Assembly (NCBI RefSeq): GCF_004010195.1 | Contig: NC_057751.1 | Location: forward strand, 13,151,659 to 13,215,658 | Length of the DNA: 64,000 bases | Direction: 5' to 3' | Origin: Chiloscyllium plagiosum | Lineage: Eukaryota | Shown here: piece by piece, positions 13,201 to 24,913 of the stretch | How positions within the stretch are numbered: the first letter of the stretch is position 1 | How the letters are laid out: every line of letters starts with the position of its first letter | The notes under the pieces: model-generated | The model's input: the letters and a program-made list of their open reading frames with translations, nothing else | What the model was told of the DNA's origin: nothing | The model's database searches: none | Position numbers and translations under genes: made by a program

Positions 13201-13397
13201 GCATCTACCAAAAAAAAAAAAATAGAATTCATTAGCTGTGTACACTAACACCAAATACAAATCCCATTGGATGGGCTACACAAATCCACCCTTAAATAAA
13301 GTAATCCACATTACAATTATTGCCCCCTACCCACATCAGATTCACAAGCCCAAATATTTGGTTCCAATATTGGAGAAAGTGACAAATTAACATGTAC

Positions 13398-13541
13398 CTG
13401 TGAAAAACTGCAAAATTTCCTCTTTACTGCAGCCAAAGGGTAAACCCCTGAGGCGCACTGTTCCATCGCTCGTGGACTCAGTTTGGTTAGGGTTAGCATG
13501 TTTTAGTGCCCAGTCCATTTCAGTGGCTTTAGTCTCAAACA
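13398..13541 (-). CDS. HNRNPH3-like: hnRNP H-family coding exon 3 ([15 protein letters not shown]...[19 protein letters not shown])
   Basis: 144 nt, AG/GT flanks, qRRM2 start. Confidence 0.93.
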
Positions 13542-13841
13542 CTGTGAACACAAGTTTGCAAATACTAACAAAAACGAACATGTTGTACAATTATTTGCCA
13601 AATACCAATAGAAGACAACATGGACAAAGTCATTTCTCATGCCATGCACTGCAATAACAATATTCCAGTACACGTCTAGCAGATTACCTCACATAAAAAC
13701 CATAAATTGCACCGTCTGCATTTTTCAATACTGTCCAGACTACTGGAATGTTTGACATTAATATGAACATCTTATCTGGTAATATTTTAGCAGGCTATTG
13801 TTCTTTAATGAAATTTTTCCATTCACCCTTAAAAGTCTAAG

Positions 13842-14018
13842 AGCAAAGTACTGGAAATCTGAAATAAACAGATGGATAAATTCGAGTTCAGGCAACATCT
13901 GTGGAGAACTAAACAGTTGACATAGCTGGGTCTTGAAGCTAAACTGAAAACATGATGCATCTCGGTCTCCTGAGATGCAGTCAAAACTAGGTTCCTCCAG
14001 CACGTTGTGTTTGTGTCT
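13842..14018. mobile_element. Highly degenerate palindromic PLE-derived repeat
   Basis: ggcaacatctgtggaga ... agatgcag...ctccagcac; resembles 42171-42400. Confidence 0.4.
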
Positions 14019-14630
14019 CCTTAATAGTCTCTTGCTTATTGATATACTCTGCAATACTCTCATATTAGAACATGGTCACGAGGTCTGAAAACCAAACTTC
14101 ACTACAAACATCAGCTAATTCTATTATTAAGCGACAGAAGTTGTCGATTGCCAGTTCAGTCATTGTGCATTCAACTAAACTTCCGACAAAGGAGAAGCAA
14201 AAGCAACACATCACTAAGCAAGAGCAATCTCAAAATTTCAGCTCTCACCATTCTATGTATCTTGGACCAGAACGAGACGAGAGTCTCAGCAGCTAAAGGC
14301 TTGCGACCAATTTGGGATACGCGAATAGGGGTTTATCGGGCTGAGGAGTTTAGAATTGGAAGGTAGGGAGAATCAGTAGAAACATGTCTGTTTGAAGCAT
14401 AAACCTAGAACTGATGTGAATCAGCAGGGTGGAAGACAGTAATGCACAAATGAACACCCTGGAAAAGTTTACTATGGCCACAGAACTTCAATACTCAATG
14501 CTCCTTCTATAAAAAGCTGTTGCTTTCAGTTCTCCTCCTTCTGCCTGCGCACCCCCCCTACAATTACTACAAAGGTACAAGAACCTGCTACATAAACACA
14601 CGTTGAGCGATGGTTTAAAATGTCACGCAC

Positions 14631-14786
14631 CTTCAATGTATCGATGGCCCATACTTTCCCGGTCTTTTGCAAGGGCACGCTTTACATCTTCCTCACTTTC
14701 CAGCTGAACAAAGGCTTCACCACTTGGGCGGCCTTCTCTTAAATAGGTGAAGTGTATTCCAGCAGTTCCATTTAATATCTTGCAAT
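14631..14786 (-). CDS. HNRNPH3-like: hnRNP H-family coding exon 2 ([52 protein letters not shown])
   Basis: 156 nt, AG/GT flanks, rest of qRRM1; translated by hand (not in ORF track frame). Confidence 0.92.
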
Positions 14787-15676
14787 CTAAAAGCAGCACA
14801 CATGATTAACTGATTTTTTTTTCCTCTTGTCCCAATTGGTGTGGGGTGATGGCATGTGAAGCAGGACATGCAAAAACAGCAAAGGCATTGGTGAACAAAA
14901 AAAAAACTTAATGGCACAAGACATTGTCTCAAATGCAAGTGAAATTTTAACACGTCAGCTTCCAGCAAACCAATCACTACCTTCAGCATCTCCAACTGAT
15001 TACTTAACGTGACAAAACACAGCAAAATCTTCCTAGAGAATTAGAGCACACATTCATAGTCTTCAATTAGGAGATCAAAAGTCCAAAATCATTTGAACTT
15101 TTAACTTTGCCAACAGGATTTCCGATGAGCAGCTGGGCAGGATCCAGCTGCATTCTGATGTTGGATATTTGTAATTCAGTGACACAGCAAGACTTCAGAA
15201 CTAGTTCAATGTCACTTCAGCATGCAAACCCAACAACACTTAACCTCTAAAAACTTCTGATAGTTCAAAGACTTGATTACAATCTGGTGAGATTAACCAA
15301 ATTGAAGTGTGTGAAATGGGTGGAAACGTAAAATTCCTTGTCCTCAAACTGCTAAAAAAAAGTGCTGTATGACACACCGTTATAGACTTAAGTTGGAATG
15401 CAGTCACTGGGGCTGATCACTCAATGTATGAAAACGATAAGTCTCTTAAAATAAAAAAAAAGGGAGTAAAAAGTAATAGAAGGTTCAGATGCTCAAAATA
15501 AGCCAGGGCTCCTTTGCTTAAGGAAACGATAAATAAGACACTGAATGTGAATATGGAAGTGAGGAAAAACAACTTAGTCACCATGATATAAAAATCAGGA
15601 AAACAGCAGCTTCTATGGTGCTCCTCACCACAACAGATTTCCATAGGCAAGACTGCAACTTCAGGCAAATTAATTA

Positions 15677-15974
15677 TAGAATCCTTACAGTGTGGAAACA
15701 GGATTTTGGCCCAACAAGTCCACTATGAACCTCTGAATAGTAACCCACACAGACCCATTCCCTTACCCTATTACTCTGCACGTCGCGTGCCGAATGTATC
15801 TAACCACCATGATAGGCAATTTGGTACAGCCAATTCACCTGACCTGCACGTCTTTGTACTGTGGAAGGAAACCTGAGCACCCAGAGGAAACTGACAGTCA
15901 CTGGAGGCTGGAATTGAACCTGGTTCCCTGATGCTATGAGGCAGCAGTGCTAACCACTTAGCCATCATGCCACC
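15677..15974 (-). mobile_element. HE1-type tRNA-derived V-SINE (diverged, internal deletion)
   Basis: A/B-box head, V-domain and CR1-like tail similar to 62101-62425. Confidence 0.85.
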
Positions 15975-16319
15975 GAGCCTTGATTCACATGATGCTCCAA
16001 CAAAATAAGAAACAGAGTCAGAGATGTATAGCACAGAAACATGTAAAAAAAGTTCAGCAATTCAAGTATGAATAGTGTCAAGTCAGTTCTTCTCAGGTAC
16101 TTAAAACGATGCCCAGAGACAAAAAACTGTTTTAACACACTGCAGTAAGATTCAGGAACATGTTTATGTAAGAAACCCCAAGTTTACCTATTACTGTATG
16201 GCATAAGTCATGAGTTACTGTGAAAGTGATTCCCTAAACATGAAATCCAAACTTTAAAGTCACAAGTTAAAAATTCTATTTTTCCATAAAGCCTTATCAT
16301 TGAGATGAATTCACAAAAC

Positions 16320-16398
16320 CTGAGAAGAAGCGTAACACTTCATCAGCAGTGCAAGACCATGGAAGTCCACGGACACGGACAACAAAATCTTCATCCAT
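16320..16398 (-). CDS. HNRNPH3-like: hnRNP H-family coding exon 1 ([26 protein letters not shown])
   Basis: ATG at 16398; qRRM1 start; GT donor at 16319. Confidence 0.9.
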
Positions 16399-16726
16399 TG
16401 TAATTGCCTGTAACACACAGATCTCTTCACAAAGCCTGAAAACAAAACAAAAAAAAAGATTAATTGTAAAGATTTGCACACAATGCAAGGTGATTTTATC
16501 TTTTCAATGCAAGGATACTCAACTGTAATATTTTACAGTTATATTTGTTGAGTGTTCAGATATGTATACTTAAAAATTCAAAAGCACCACACAACACATG
16601 GAAAGAAACTACCATGACTACACTCAATCCTAACACCATGGCAATCCAAGGAATACTTTCTAGTATACACAAACGCATACACGAATTTATTTTGCAAACA
16701 TAAAAAAATCACAATCTTAACACAAG

Positions 16727-17345
16727 AGCCTAATGGTATTATTGTTAGATGATTAATCCAGAAACTCAGCTAATGTTTGGGGACCCAGCTTTAAATCCCA
16801 CCAAGGCAGATGGTGGAAGATAAATTAAGAGAAGAATCAGGGATTGAGGAACTTGACTGACAACCTTTTAGAAATGAATAAAGTCTTGACAGGTACGGAT
16901 AAAGGTTTTCCCTAGGGTGGGGGACTTCAAGACATGGGAACATTTTAAGGTGAAGGGAGAAAGATTTAAAAATACAAGGGTTTTTCTTTAAAGAGTGGTC
17001 CCTATGTGGAACAAATTGCCAGAGGAAGTGGTGGATGCAGACATTTAAATAAATACATGAATAAGAAATGTTTGGAGGGACATGGGTCAAGCACAGACAG
17101 GTGCCAGTAGTTTAATTTGGCATTATATTCCAAATGGACTGCTTGGAATAAATGGTCTGTTTTCATGCTGTATGACAGCCTGTGAAACCATGCCTGATTA
17201 TCAGATAAAACCATTTGGTCCACCACAATCTTTCCAGAAAGAAATCTACCATTCGTACTGGTCTGGGCTACATGTTAATCCAGACCCACAGCAATTGCCC
17301 TTAGTCCACTGGTAGTTGGGAATGTGTAGTAAATGCCAACTGAGA
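16727..17345 (+). mobile_element. SacSINE/Deu-type SINE interrupted by a CR1 3' fragment (~16870-17180)
   Basis: Flanks match the two halves of 44018-44426; middle matches CR1 3' ends. Confidence 0.65.
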
Positions 17346-17359
17346 CAGAGATAGATACA

Positions 17360-17530
17360 CAAGGAAGAAAGAACACAGCAAGTCAAGTAGTACAATGTGG
17401 AGAAGTCGACACTGAAGAACAGTTACACCCGAAACATTGACTTCACCTCCCAATCCTCCATAACTTGCTGTGTTCTTCCAGCCTCATGCTAGACTACCTT
17501 GCATTCCTGCATCTGTCGTTTCTGTCTCTG
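17360..17530. mobile_element. Degenerate palindromic PLE-derived element with hammerhead-like core on + strand (17412-17438)
   Basis: CTGAAGA-acagttacaccc-GAAAC-ATT; same family as 61891-62010. Confidence 0.6.
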
Positions 17531-18514
17531 ACCTAGTCAGAGAAGCAGATAAAGCATAAATAAAATGAACAAAAAAACACCTTAACATCTGCAGCCACAT
17601 TAATTCAATAAATAAAACAAAATCAGTGGTGAGAAAAACATTTCGGTCGTGCAAAGAAGTGACATGATCCAAAGCAACAACTAACTGCAATTCCAGGTAC
17701 AGGGAGAACCGTCAAGTTGCTGGATCTGCGTGATCTTATCGCAACCCCTGGCGTGCAGTTTGTTTTTTTTTGGGGGGGGGGGGGGCTCAAATCATTTGGT
17801 TTGCCTCAAGTCATTGATTTCACCAATCCTGCCAATGCAGGGCGCTAACACACCGCGTGTAACTTATGAGGAACAAGGGAAGATGGCATATCGCCCACGC
17901 CAGGGAAGCACGAGGGAAAAGAAAGCGTGAAGAAACACAGCAAACAACCCTGAATGGAGGTACGTGGCCTCTGAAAACGAAGTGGTGGCAAGCCCGGGAC
18001 GAAGAGAAGGGGCAGACACCAACTAAAAAAAAAGACCACGGTGGAGACAAAGGGGACCAACTAAAACTCCCCGGATTCACTCCGACGGGTGCCATCAAAC
18101 CTCGAGCCCGATTACGGACGAGTAGCTATTCTTTCTTTTGAAAGAGGGACATAGATAGATAGATAGAGATAAAAGGCCAGGCTTCAAAAGTAAATAAGAA
18201 AAGTCGAACGGAAGTAACTGGAAAGCCAAACGGCGCCAAGAACCGGCAGCAGCGTCCATTACAAAACAAACGCACCCCCTCAACGAACGCGGGTAAAATG
18301 GCGGCCGCGCTTCACAACGGCCTCGTGTTCCAATATCATCACCACCCTCCCCCTCCTCAAACTGCCATAAAATATCAACTCCCATCATAAAACATGAAGG
18401 CGCGTACGGAATAGCTTCAGGATCGAAACGCCTGAAGACGGGCCAGATAGTTCGCGGTGGACAGGCAGTAAGATAACGTTCGGAAGCGATGCTTTCTTCG
18501 CTCCCTCTCTTTAC

Positions 18515-18560
18515 CTGCGACTCTCCTCCTCGCCTCAACAGCACGACAGCGCCTACTAAC
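18515..18560 (-). other. Probable non-coding first exon of the hnRNP H-family gene
   Basis: CAG|GTAAAG donor at 18515/18514 within CpG island; TSS position approximate. Confidence 0.6.
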
Positions 18561-19242
18561 GTCATCCGCCGGAAATAAACGGGATTGTGCCGTCAATCCC
18601 CCCCCCCCTCCTCCTCATGATCATTTAAAATCTTCCTCCGAAATCAATCATACGCACCGAGTAAACGACTGACAGAAAGCAAAAACAAAAATGCTACTCG
18701 TGTGATTTTTTTTAAAAAAACCTCATTTCACTCAACTATTTACGTTCAAAAAACTGCACCAGCCCACTCTGATTGGCTACAGCGACGAAAGCATACGTCA
18801 GTGATGTTTCACGGGCTTTGATTTTAAGAGGGGAAATACATTTCTTGCCTTACCGAATTCAAAAGGACGATCGTGCAAATGACCAGAACTGAGTTTTTCC
18901 GTTAACGGCGTATGGGGGGGAGGGCTTTTCTACAGATTATCCCGCTCTTTACCGCCGGTCATTGGTTTGAAGGACATACGGGCCGTTATTGGGCGGTGGC
19001 TGAGACGTCGATTGGTCTATAGCACTGTCAATCATTCGGTCTGATTTGCATGGTGTCGCGGTGAGGTCGTTCTCGCGACATTTGGCTGTCCAGGGAAGGA
19101 GAGTTTTAAGTTTTTTTTCACAGCTTGCTAGTTGTTGGTTCCAACAATTTTTCTCCGAAAACTGGCCCGGACTGTGATGTCTTTCCGGATTACTCTTTAA
19201 CCCCCGCCGCTTCTTTTTCCGAGTGTAGCAAATTAGTAGAAA

Positions 19243-19256
19243 ATGAGCTTCCTATT
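19243..19256 (+). CDS. MOB1A: MOB1A exon 1 (MSFLF)
   Basis: ATGAGCTTCCTATT|GTAAGT. Confidence 0.9.
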
Positions 19257-21074
19257 GTAAGTATTGGTCGGGTGACGTGCCTCACTCTGGCCCAGTTCGT
19301 CCATTCTTCCTGTTTTCGGTTCTACCTTTCTGGAAACTTTGGGCCTTGTAGGCCTCGGTTTCCTTTCTCTTCTCTTTCTTTATCCCCCACCCCCATGTCA
19401 ATTTTCATCGCTATCGTCCTTAACTTTATTGCTGTTCTTTTCTATCTCACGCCGCTTTCCACTCATGTAACATATGATGTTAGGTTGAAGATTTTCCTGT
19501 TGAAATGTTGTCTTTCACAATAAATGGTGAGGATATTATTATTTGAGCGGTCTATCCAACAATGGGAGCCTCTGATGTACTTGGTACATCTTGTTGTCTG
19601 CAATCGGAAGTGGTGCATGTGAACATGGATTGCGGAAACAACTTAATAAGACTCATTTTTTACCCTGTTTTTGAAGATGTGAAGCCTCTGAAGGCTAAGA
19701 TTTTTGCTGTATTTCATCATGGTGTAACTTAGTCAAGTCACTTCAACTAATTGCCTTAACTGCGAATACTTCACTTCTATTTTCTGATGGACATTAGCTG
19801 CGAACTGTGAGCATCTTGACCATTTTGTCTTGCCATCATCAGGACAAATAATTCTTTGGACGTTATTATATATTGGGACAGCTGTGGTGTTCTTGTTATC
19901 ATTTAAGTCTTTTGATTTCCATCTTCAGTGATTCTGTTTTCATCTGAACCAATTTTGTGTGGCTTCATCCTTCTCAGATGACCAGTATCTTGATGAATCC
20001 TGTTGTCATTGGCCTACTAGACCATAGGGCTGCTGCTCTTGTTAGAGAGATGACTGATGATTTAATCCAAGTGTCACCACAGCTTAGATGAAGGGAGAGG
20101 CTGAGAAGCAGAGGCTTTCATGTTAACCTCACCTGCTGAGGGAATTAAAGCAATGAGAACAAACAAGGAATTTTGACTTCTCTATGTATCCAAGTACAGA
20201 ATATTAAAATTAATTCATGTTGAGAAGCAAGAACCTCTGATTCCTATAACCCCAGAAATGATGAGGCCGAATTTCATTTCCTAACAGCGAATGAAGGGCA
20301 TTAATCATTGATTAGCTAAACAAGGGTTTTGTAAACTTTTCATTGGTGAACGATTTCCTGGCGGACAACTACTGAATACTGGATTTAAGTTTGTGTTGCT
20401 CCTCCTTGTGGTGTTCCAATAAATTATGAAATCTCTTCTGCGATTCTTTCTATGCCTGGGCAGGCTTTTTCTTTGCAGCTACAAACCTTATCGGACCGTT
20501 GAAATATGTGGCTTTGACATAATTTAAAGGTAGTAGCTGTTCTACTATTTGGGGTATGAATCATCCAGTTATTAGAACATCACTGCCTATTTTAGCTAAT
20601 GTATTTATGGTTATTTGCTTTATATCTGCACAGTCTCTTAGCTTTTTGAAAATGCCGTCTTTTGACGGGAATCAGTTGAGGGGACCAGTGGTGATGCTGC
20701 TTCACTCCCAGGATACAGCTGTTTTGGAAAGAGCTTCTTGCCACTCTTGGTGAAGATGATGAAACAAAATATCACAAGGATTGTTTGAACCAAACCGCTT
20801 GGTTGAAGGACAAGCATTTTGAGGGCAAATGGAATAAAAGGTTAAAGAGGTCGATTTGGATGAGGAAAGATGGTGTGGCAACAGTAGAACCTAAATACCT
20901 TGGACTGTTTGCATTGAATGTTTGTTGACATTTTTTATATACTACAGTTAACGGAAAAACACATGGAGATGAGATATGTACTTGCAGACATGGTCATTTC
21001 ACAGGGTTGTGAGTAGTGGGAGGTGAATTTGGAGATGGTGTTCCCATACATCTACTGCCTTTGTCCTTCTAGAT

Positions 21075-21785
21075 CAATGATTCTCAACTGTTTTTTTGGC
21101 CATGGCCCCCCAGCAGCTCTTCTCAGGTTCCTATTCAAACGGATACAATACAAACAGAAAATCATTTCTTATTGAACACCAAAGAAAGCTTGAACGTTCC
21201 GACATACTGGACAAAACTTAAAAAAGACTAGGCCTGATGTTTAATTTCAGGCAATGAGATCCTTGAGCTTGGTGCTTTTCTGCAAGTTTCATGATATTGG
21301 GCTCCAAATTAGACAGTGACAGTCGGATTTCGCCTCTTGTTGCGATGTCAATTCTGTTCCTGGATTTTGTTAAGGAAACTACCTTGCAGATTCTACTTTC
21401 AACGAGATATGTTCAAGGAAAGGATAAAAAAGGCCGAGCAAGCCATGCTGATCTTTGGATAATGAAGTATGGTGATAATGATTGGGAGAAACCTTGATTG
21501 AATACATTGACCCAGTACAGTCTGATTCGTGACTAACTCTGTAGGCATGCTGTGTGGGAGGAGCTTAAGCAATTGATTTACTAGGTGTGCCGAATTCAAA
21601 TGGTGTGTTGGAAAGATATTATAAAGAGGAGGGAAACTATTGACTTCAATGAAGGTGGTTGCTTGGGTCTTTCATCTGTTCGGTTACGATGGCCCCCAAA
21701 AACCGTTGGGTCTTCCCTCCTCTCAGTTTTCAGTCTGTGGCCCCCTTCAAATGTGCCAGAGCCCCATATGGACCCCATTGCCATC
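21075..21785 (-). mobile_element. hAT (Charlie/Buster-like) DNA transposon remnant
   Basis: End CAATGATTCTCAAC; minus translation ~21290-21420 TYLVES...LTKSRNRIDIATRGEIRLSLSNLEPNI resembles hAT C-terminal dimerisation domain; NTCTAGAN flanks. Confidence 0.65.
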
Positions 21786-21808
21786 ATCTAGAACAGTCAT
21801 TCTCAGTA

Positions 21809-22573
21809 CGGTGGAAACTCGATTATCTGAATGAGATGGGCGGGCACTATTTCGTTCGGATAATCGATTATTCGGAAAATCGATTATTCGGAAAATCGAT
21901 TTAAGTGCCTTCTGGGGCTTGGAGTTTTAAAGTCTGCTCCCCGTTCAGGAGACTCTCAGCAGCACACATTGCATGATACCCAGCCCCCAACACTGATGCT
22001 GCCTGAATTGCTGTGCTCTTCCAGCACCACTAATCCAGAAACTGCCTACCCCTGCCCAGCAATGCCCCCCCCCCCAACCCCTACTCCCCCACCCCCCAGG
22101 TCCAGCACAGCCCCCCAACCTGGTCCAATTCTGCCCCAGCACAAAGCGCGCAAGCCCCTGCCACCCCTCCCCTCTCCAGGGCATCCAGACTGCACACCAA
22201 CAACAAGACTGCTGTAGCTGCCTTTGTGGGGTAAGTCTCCACATAGCGCTCTCTCTCTCACACAGACACAGACACACACACAACTTTTTACTGCAAATTT
22301 TTGACAGGTTCCACATTTGCCCTGCACATGACAATGTCGGAGAGATTATTCCTGGGAAGCGGGAGGGGGTTAGGGTACACCCCTCTGTAGAACTCCAGGG
22401 AAAGGGTGGGAGGTCAGTCATTTGGAGACTGTGTCTGTTTAATCACTGTAAACAAAAGACGCCATCACTGTTGGAAACACGTCTTTGATGTAATATTTCT
22501 ATCAGGACCTCAAGATCTCCTTCGGGTAATCGATTTTCGGATAATTGGTATTCAGGCAATAGAGGTTCCGCTC
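21809..22573. mobile_element. pogo/Tigger-like non-autonomous DNA transposon
   Basis: TA flanks; imperfect ~23-bp TIRs (16/23 match; CGGTGGAAACTCGATTATCTGAA); subterminal TCGATTATTCGGA repeats. Confidence 0.65.
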
Positions 22574-22975
22574 TAGTGGGTTTGGAATGTGCTGTCCAAG
22601 GACCTGTGATTTTCTGCAGTGCACATACTACTGCTGAGTGTTGATGGTGGAGAAAATGAAGGACAGTCAAGCTGCTTTGTCCTGGATGGTGTCAAGCATC
22701 TTGAGTATTGTTGGAATTGCACTCATCCGTCGTACGTCTGACATGCGCCTTTATAGATAAGTGAATTTTCTTCAGTCGTCGGGTTTGAGAACTTGCATAC
22801 ACAACAGATAAAATTACAGGAGCCTTCAAAAAGAGCTTAAAAGCTTGTCTGCAATTAACTGATCTGTTTGAAAAAGTGAACATTTCATTTTCTCACTGAC
22901 AACCACTCTTCCACCCCAAAAAAAAGTATTTTGTGTGAAGAATCGCTGGTGATGAATGATTTACTTGCATTTCAG

Positions 22976-23142
22976 TGGGAATCGAAGTAACAGAACTTTC
23001 AAACCAAAGAAGAACATTCCGGAAGGTTCCCATCAATATGAGCTGCTAAAGCATGCTGAAGCAACCTTGGGAAGCGGTAACCTTCGTCAAGCTGTTATGT
23101 TACCAGAAGGCGAGGATTTAAATGAATGGATTGCTGTCAATA
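22976..23142 (+). CDS. MOB1A: MOB1A exon 2
   Basis: GNRSNRTFKPKKNIPEGSHQYELLKHAEATLGSGNLRQAVMLPEGEDLNEWIAVN; AG/GT. Confidence 0.96.
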
Positions 23143-24410
23143 GTAAGTGTCTGAAACTTGAATTTTACCTGTCTGTCTGCCCTTTTCTGAAAGTTTGAGT
23201 CCAGAGATCCTATTGCACACCTGTGAACCCAGTGGGACTTGAACCCTAGTCTCCTGATAGAGGTAGGGTCACTATAATTGCACTCTGACATTCCCTGCCC
23301 TACTTTTTCATCACTGTCATTGCCCCATATCACCTGCCTGGGTCCTTAACTCTAGAATGCTCTTGACAAAGCGTTTTTTAAGGCTTTCATTAACACCTAT
23401 CACTTTGAACAATCTTCTTACATTCTTAATTAAGCATTTGGATGTCAACCTCTCTTGTGCAATGTTCTTGGGACATTGCACAAGATTAACTACTTGTAAA
23501 CAGAAAGCATCTTTGTTTTCTATCTTACTGTTTCCCACATATGGCTTAAATTTGGCACTCAAGATGTATATTGTGCAAGGACGTGACTTTTTCTTGCAAA
23601 GGCTGTAAGAAAAACATGTAGTGAAGATGCAGCTTAACAGTTACAAAACTGAGACTTCCAAAAACCCATGTTTGTTATTTCCTTTATAAACTTCTGTAGA
23701 ATTCAAACAATGCTTCATTTTTTTTTGAATGGTGGTCACCCTTTTTTCCTGTTATAAAACAGTACCTGAGCAATCTTTATCAGATTCTTTTTCCGTATTC
23801 TGTATTTATTTTCCATTCCCCAGTTTCCCTTTTTTAAAAGGAGTATTTGTTTAATTGTTCTGGAAGAGGTAAATCTGTTTCCTTGAATTAAGGGACAAAA
23901 TTTTCCTGTCCTCAGATTGTTGGAGACTAGACATATGGCCGTCAGGCCCCTTCAGAAGTACTTGTGTGGATCCACATGGCAAGTTTTATCTTGTGATGAT
24001 ACATTCTAATGTTTCCTGGGTCCCTCTGTGAAAGGCTGTTAGTCTAAGCTGAAGTGCGAGACTTCAGACACTTTGTAGTGACTCAGGAATTTTTGATTGG
24101 CCACTTCAAGAACTAGACGACAATATCAGAAGTGACCCAACTTGACTCTCACACTCTTTGTTCTTCCCCTTCTCCTCCTTTCCAACAGACCACCCCATCT
24201 TCCCCAATCATCACCACCAGCAGTCTCAAAATGAGCACTTATTGTTGGTATTTATAAAATGACCACTTTATTTTAAATGTTAGTTTTTATATCAAGAGGT
24301 GCTAAAATGGACCAGGGCCTGAAATGTAATCAAAGTTTGATAACATCAGCATGGCCTCCAAACTAAAGTAGAAATGAATATTTAATTGTTTCTGGTTCTT
24401 TTATTTTCAG

Positions 24411-24504
24411 CTGTAGACTTCTTCAACCAAATCAACATGCTGTATGGAACAATAACAGAGTTTTGTACAGAACAAAGCTGTCCTGTGATGTCAGCAGGAC
24501 CAAG
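24411..24504 (+). CDS. MOB1A: MOB1A exon 3
   Basis: [36 protein letters not shown]. Confidence 0.96.
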
Positions 24505-24861
24505 GTAGGGAAGATCCTATACACCCAGAACAAAATTTTCCGAGAAATGATTAGATAAAATAAGGTTGATGGTGACAACATGCTGGAAGTATCTGTTAGA
24601 CTCCAAAATGCTTCCAGCTGTCATGATGAAATGTTTTGCGAGCCCAAACATATCTTTCAATTTAATGACTAAAAAGTGAATAAGGACTTCGAATTTACAC
24701 CGAGAAATTTAAAAAGCATCTTGTAAATTAACCAAGATTGGTATTGATTTTACCTTAAATGTTCAAATTCCAAAACTAATTCTAATAGTTGACATTTATT
24801 GGCCGCCTCCTGCTCAAGCTTTGTAATAAGTCAGGTACTGAACAAACTTGAATCTCATAAT

Positions 24862-24913
24862 AATTGTACTAGAGACGAGGAACATTCAATTGTACGAGAG
24901 ACGAGGAACATTC
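24862..24913. repeat. 26-bp tandem duplication
   Basis: AATTGTAC(T/G)AGAGACGAGGAACATTC x2, one mismatch. Confidence 0.9.

Larger units (their letters stand above)
5053..16398 (-). other. HNRNPH3-like: Gene span (start to stop) of hnRNP H/F-family RNA-binding protein, 461 aa, 3 qRRMs plus Gly/Tyr-rich regions; HNRNPH3-like, exact orthology uncertain
   Basis: Manual splice: complement(join(5053..5150,5430..5534,6005..6121,6716..6851,7269..7390,7610..7708,7897..8087,10118..10256,13398..13541,14631..14786,16320..16398)) = 1386 nt. All introns GT-AG, frame continuous. qRRM motifs [24 protein letters not shown] and three RYIE motifs. Confidence 0.93.
17850..19300. promoter_or_regulatory. CpG island / bidirectional promoter of hnRNP H-family gene and MOB1A
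   Basis: Local CpG enrichment; four ATTGG (CCAAT) boxes in 18771-19015, octamer ATTTGCAT 19044-19051, TCTCGCGACA 19071-19080, CCGGAA ~18569, YY1-type AAAATGGCGGC 18295-18305. Confidence 0.8.

Noticed and set aside
5053..16398. GRSF1 as gene identity (suggested by the MOB1 neighbour)
   Set aside because: No N-terminal extension or acidic linker; has GYR/GY regions and RPGPY typical of hnRNP H/F
18095..18565. 156-aa minus ORF at the promoter
   Set aside because: Runs across the putative first donor in a CpG island; no recognisable domain
21850..21902. CRISPR-like repeat array
   Set aside because: Short subterminal repeats of a pogo-like element with no spacers; eukaryotic context
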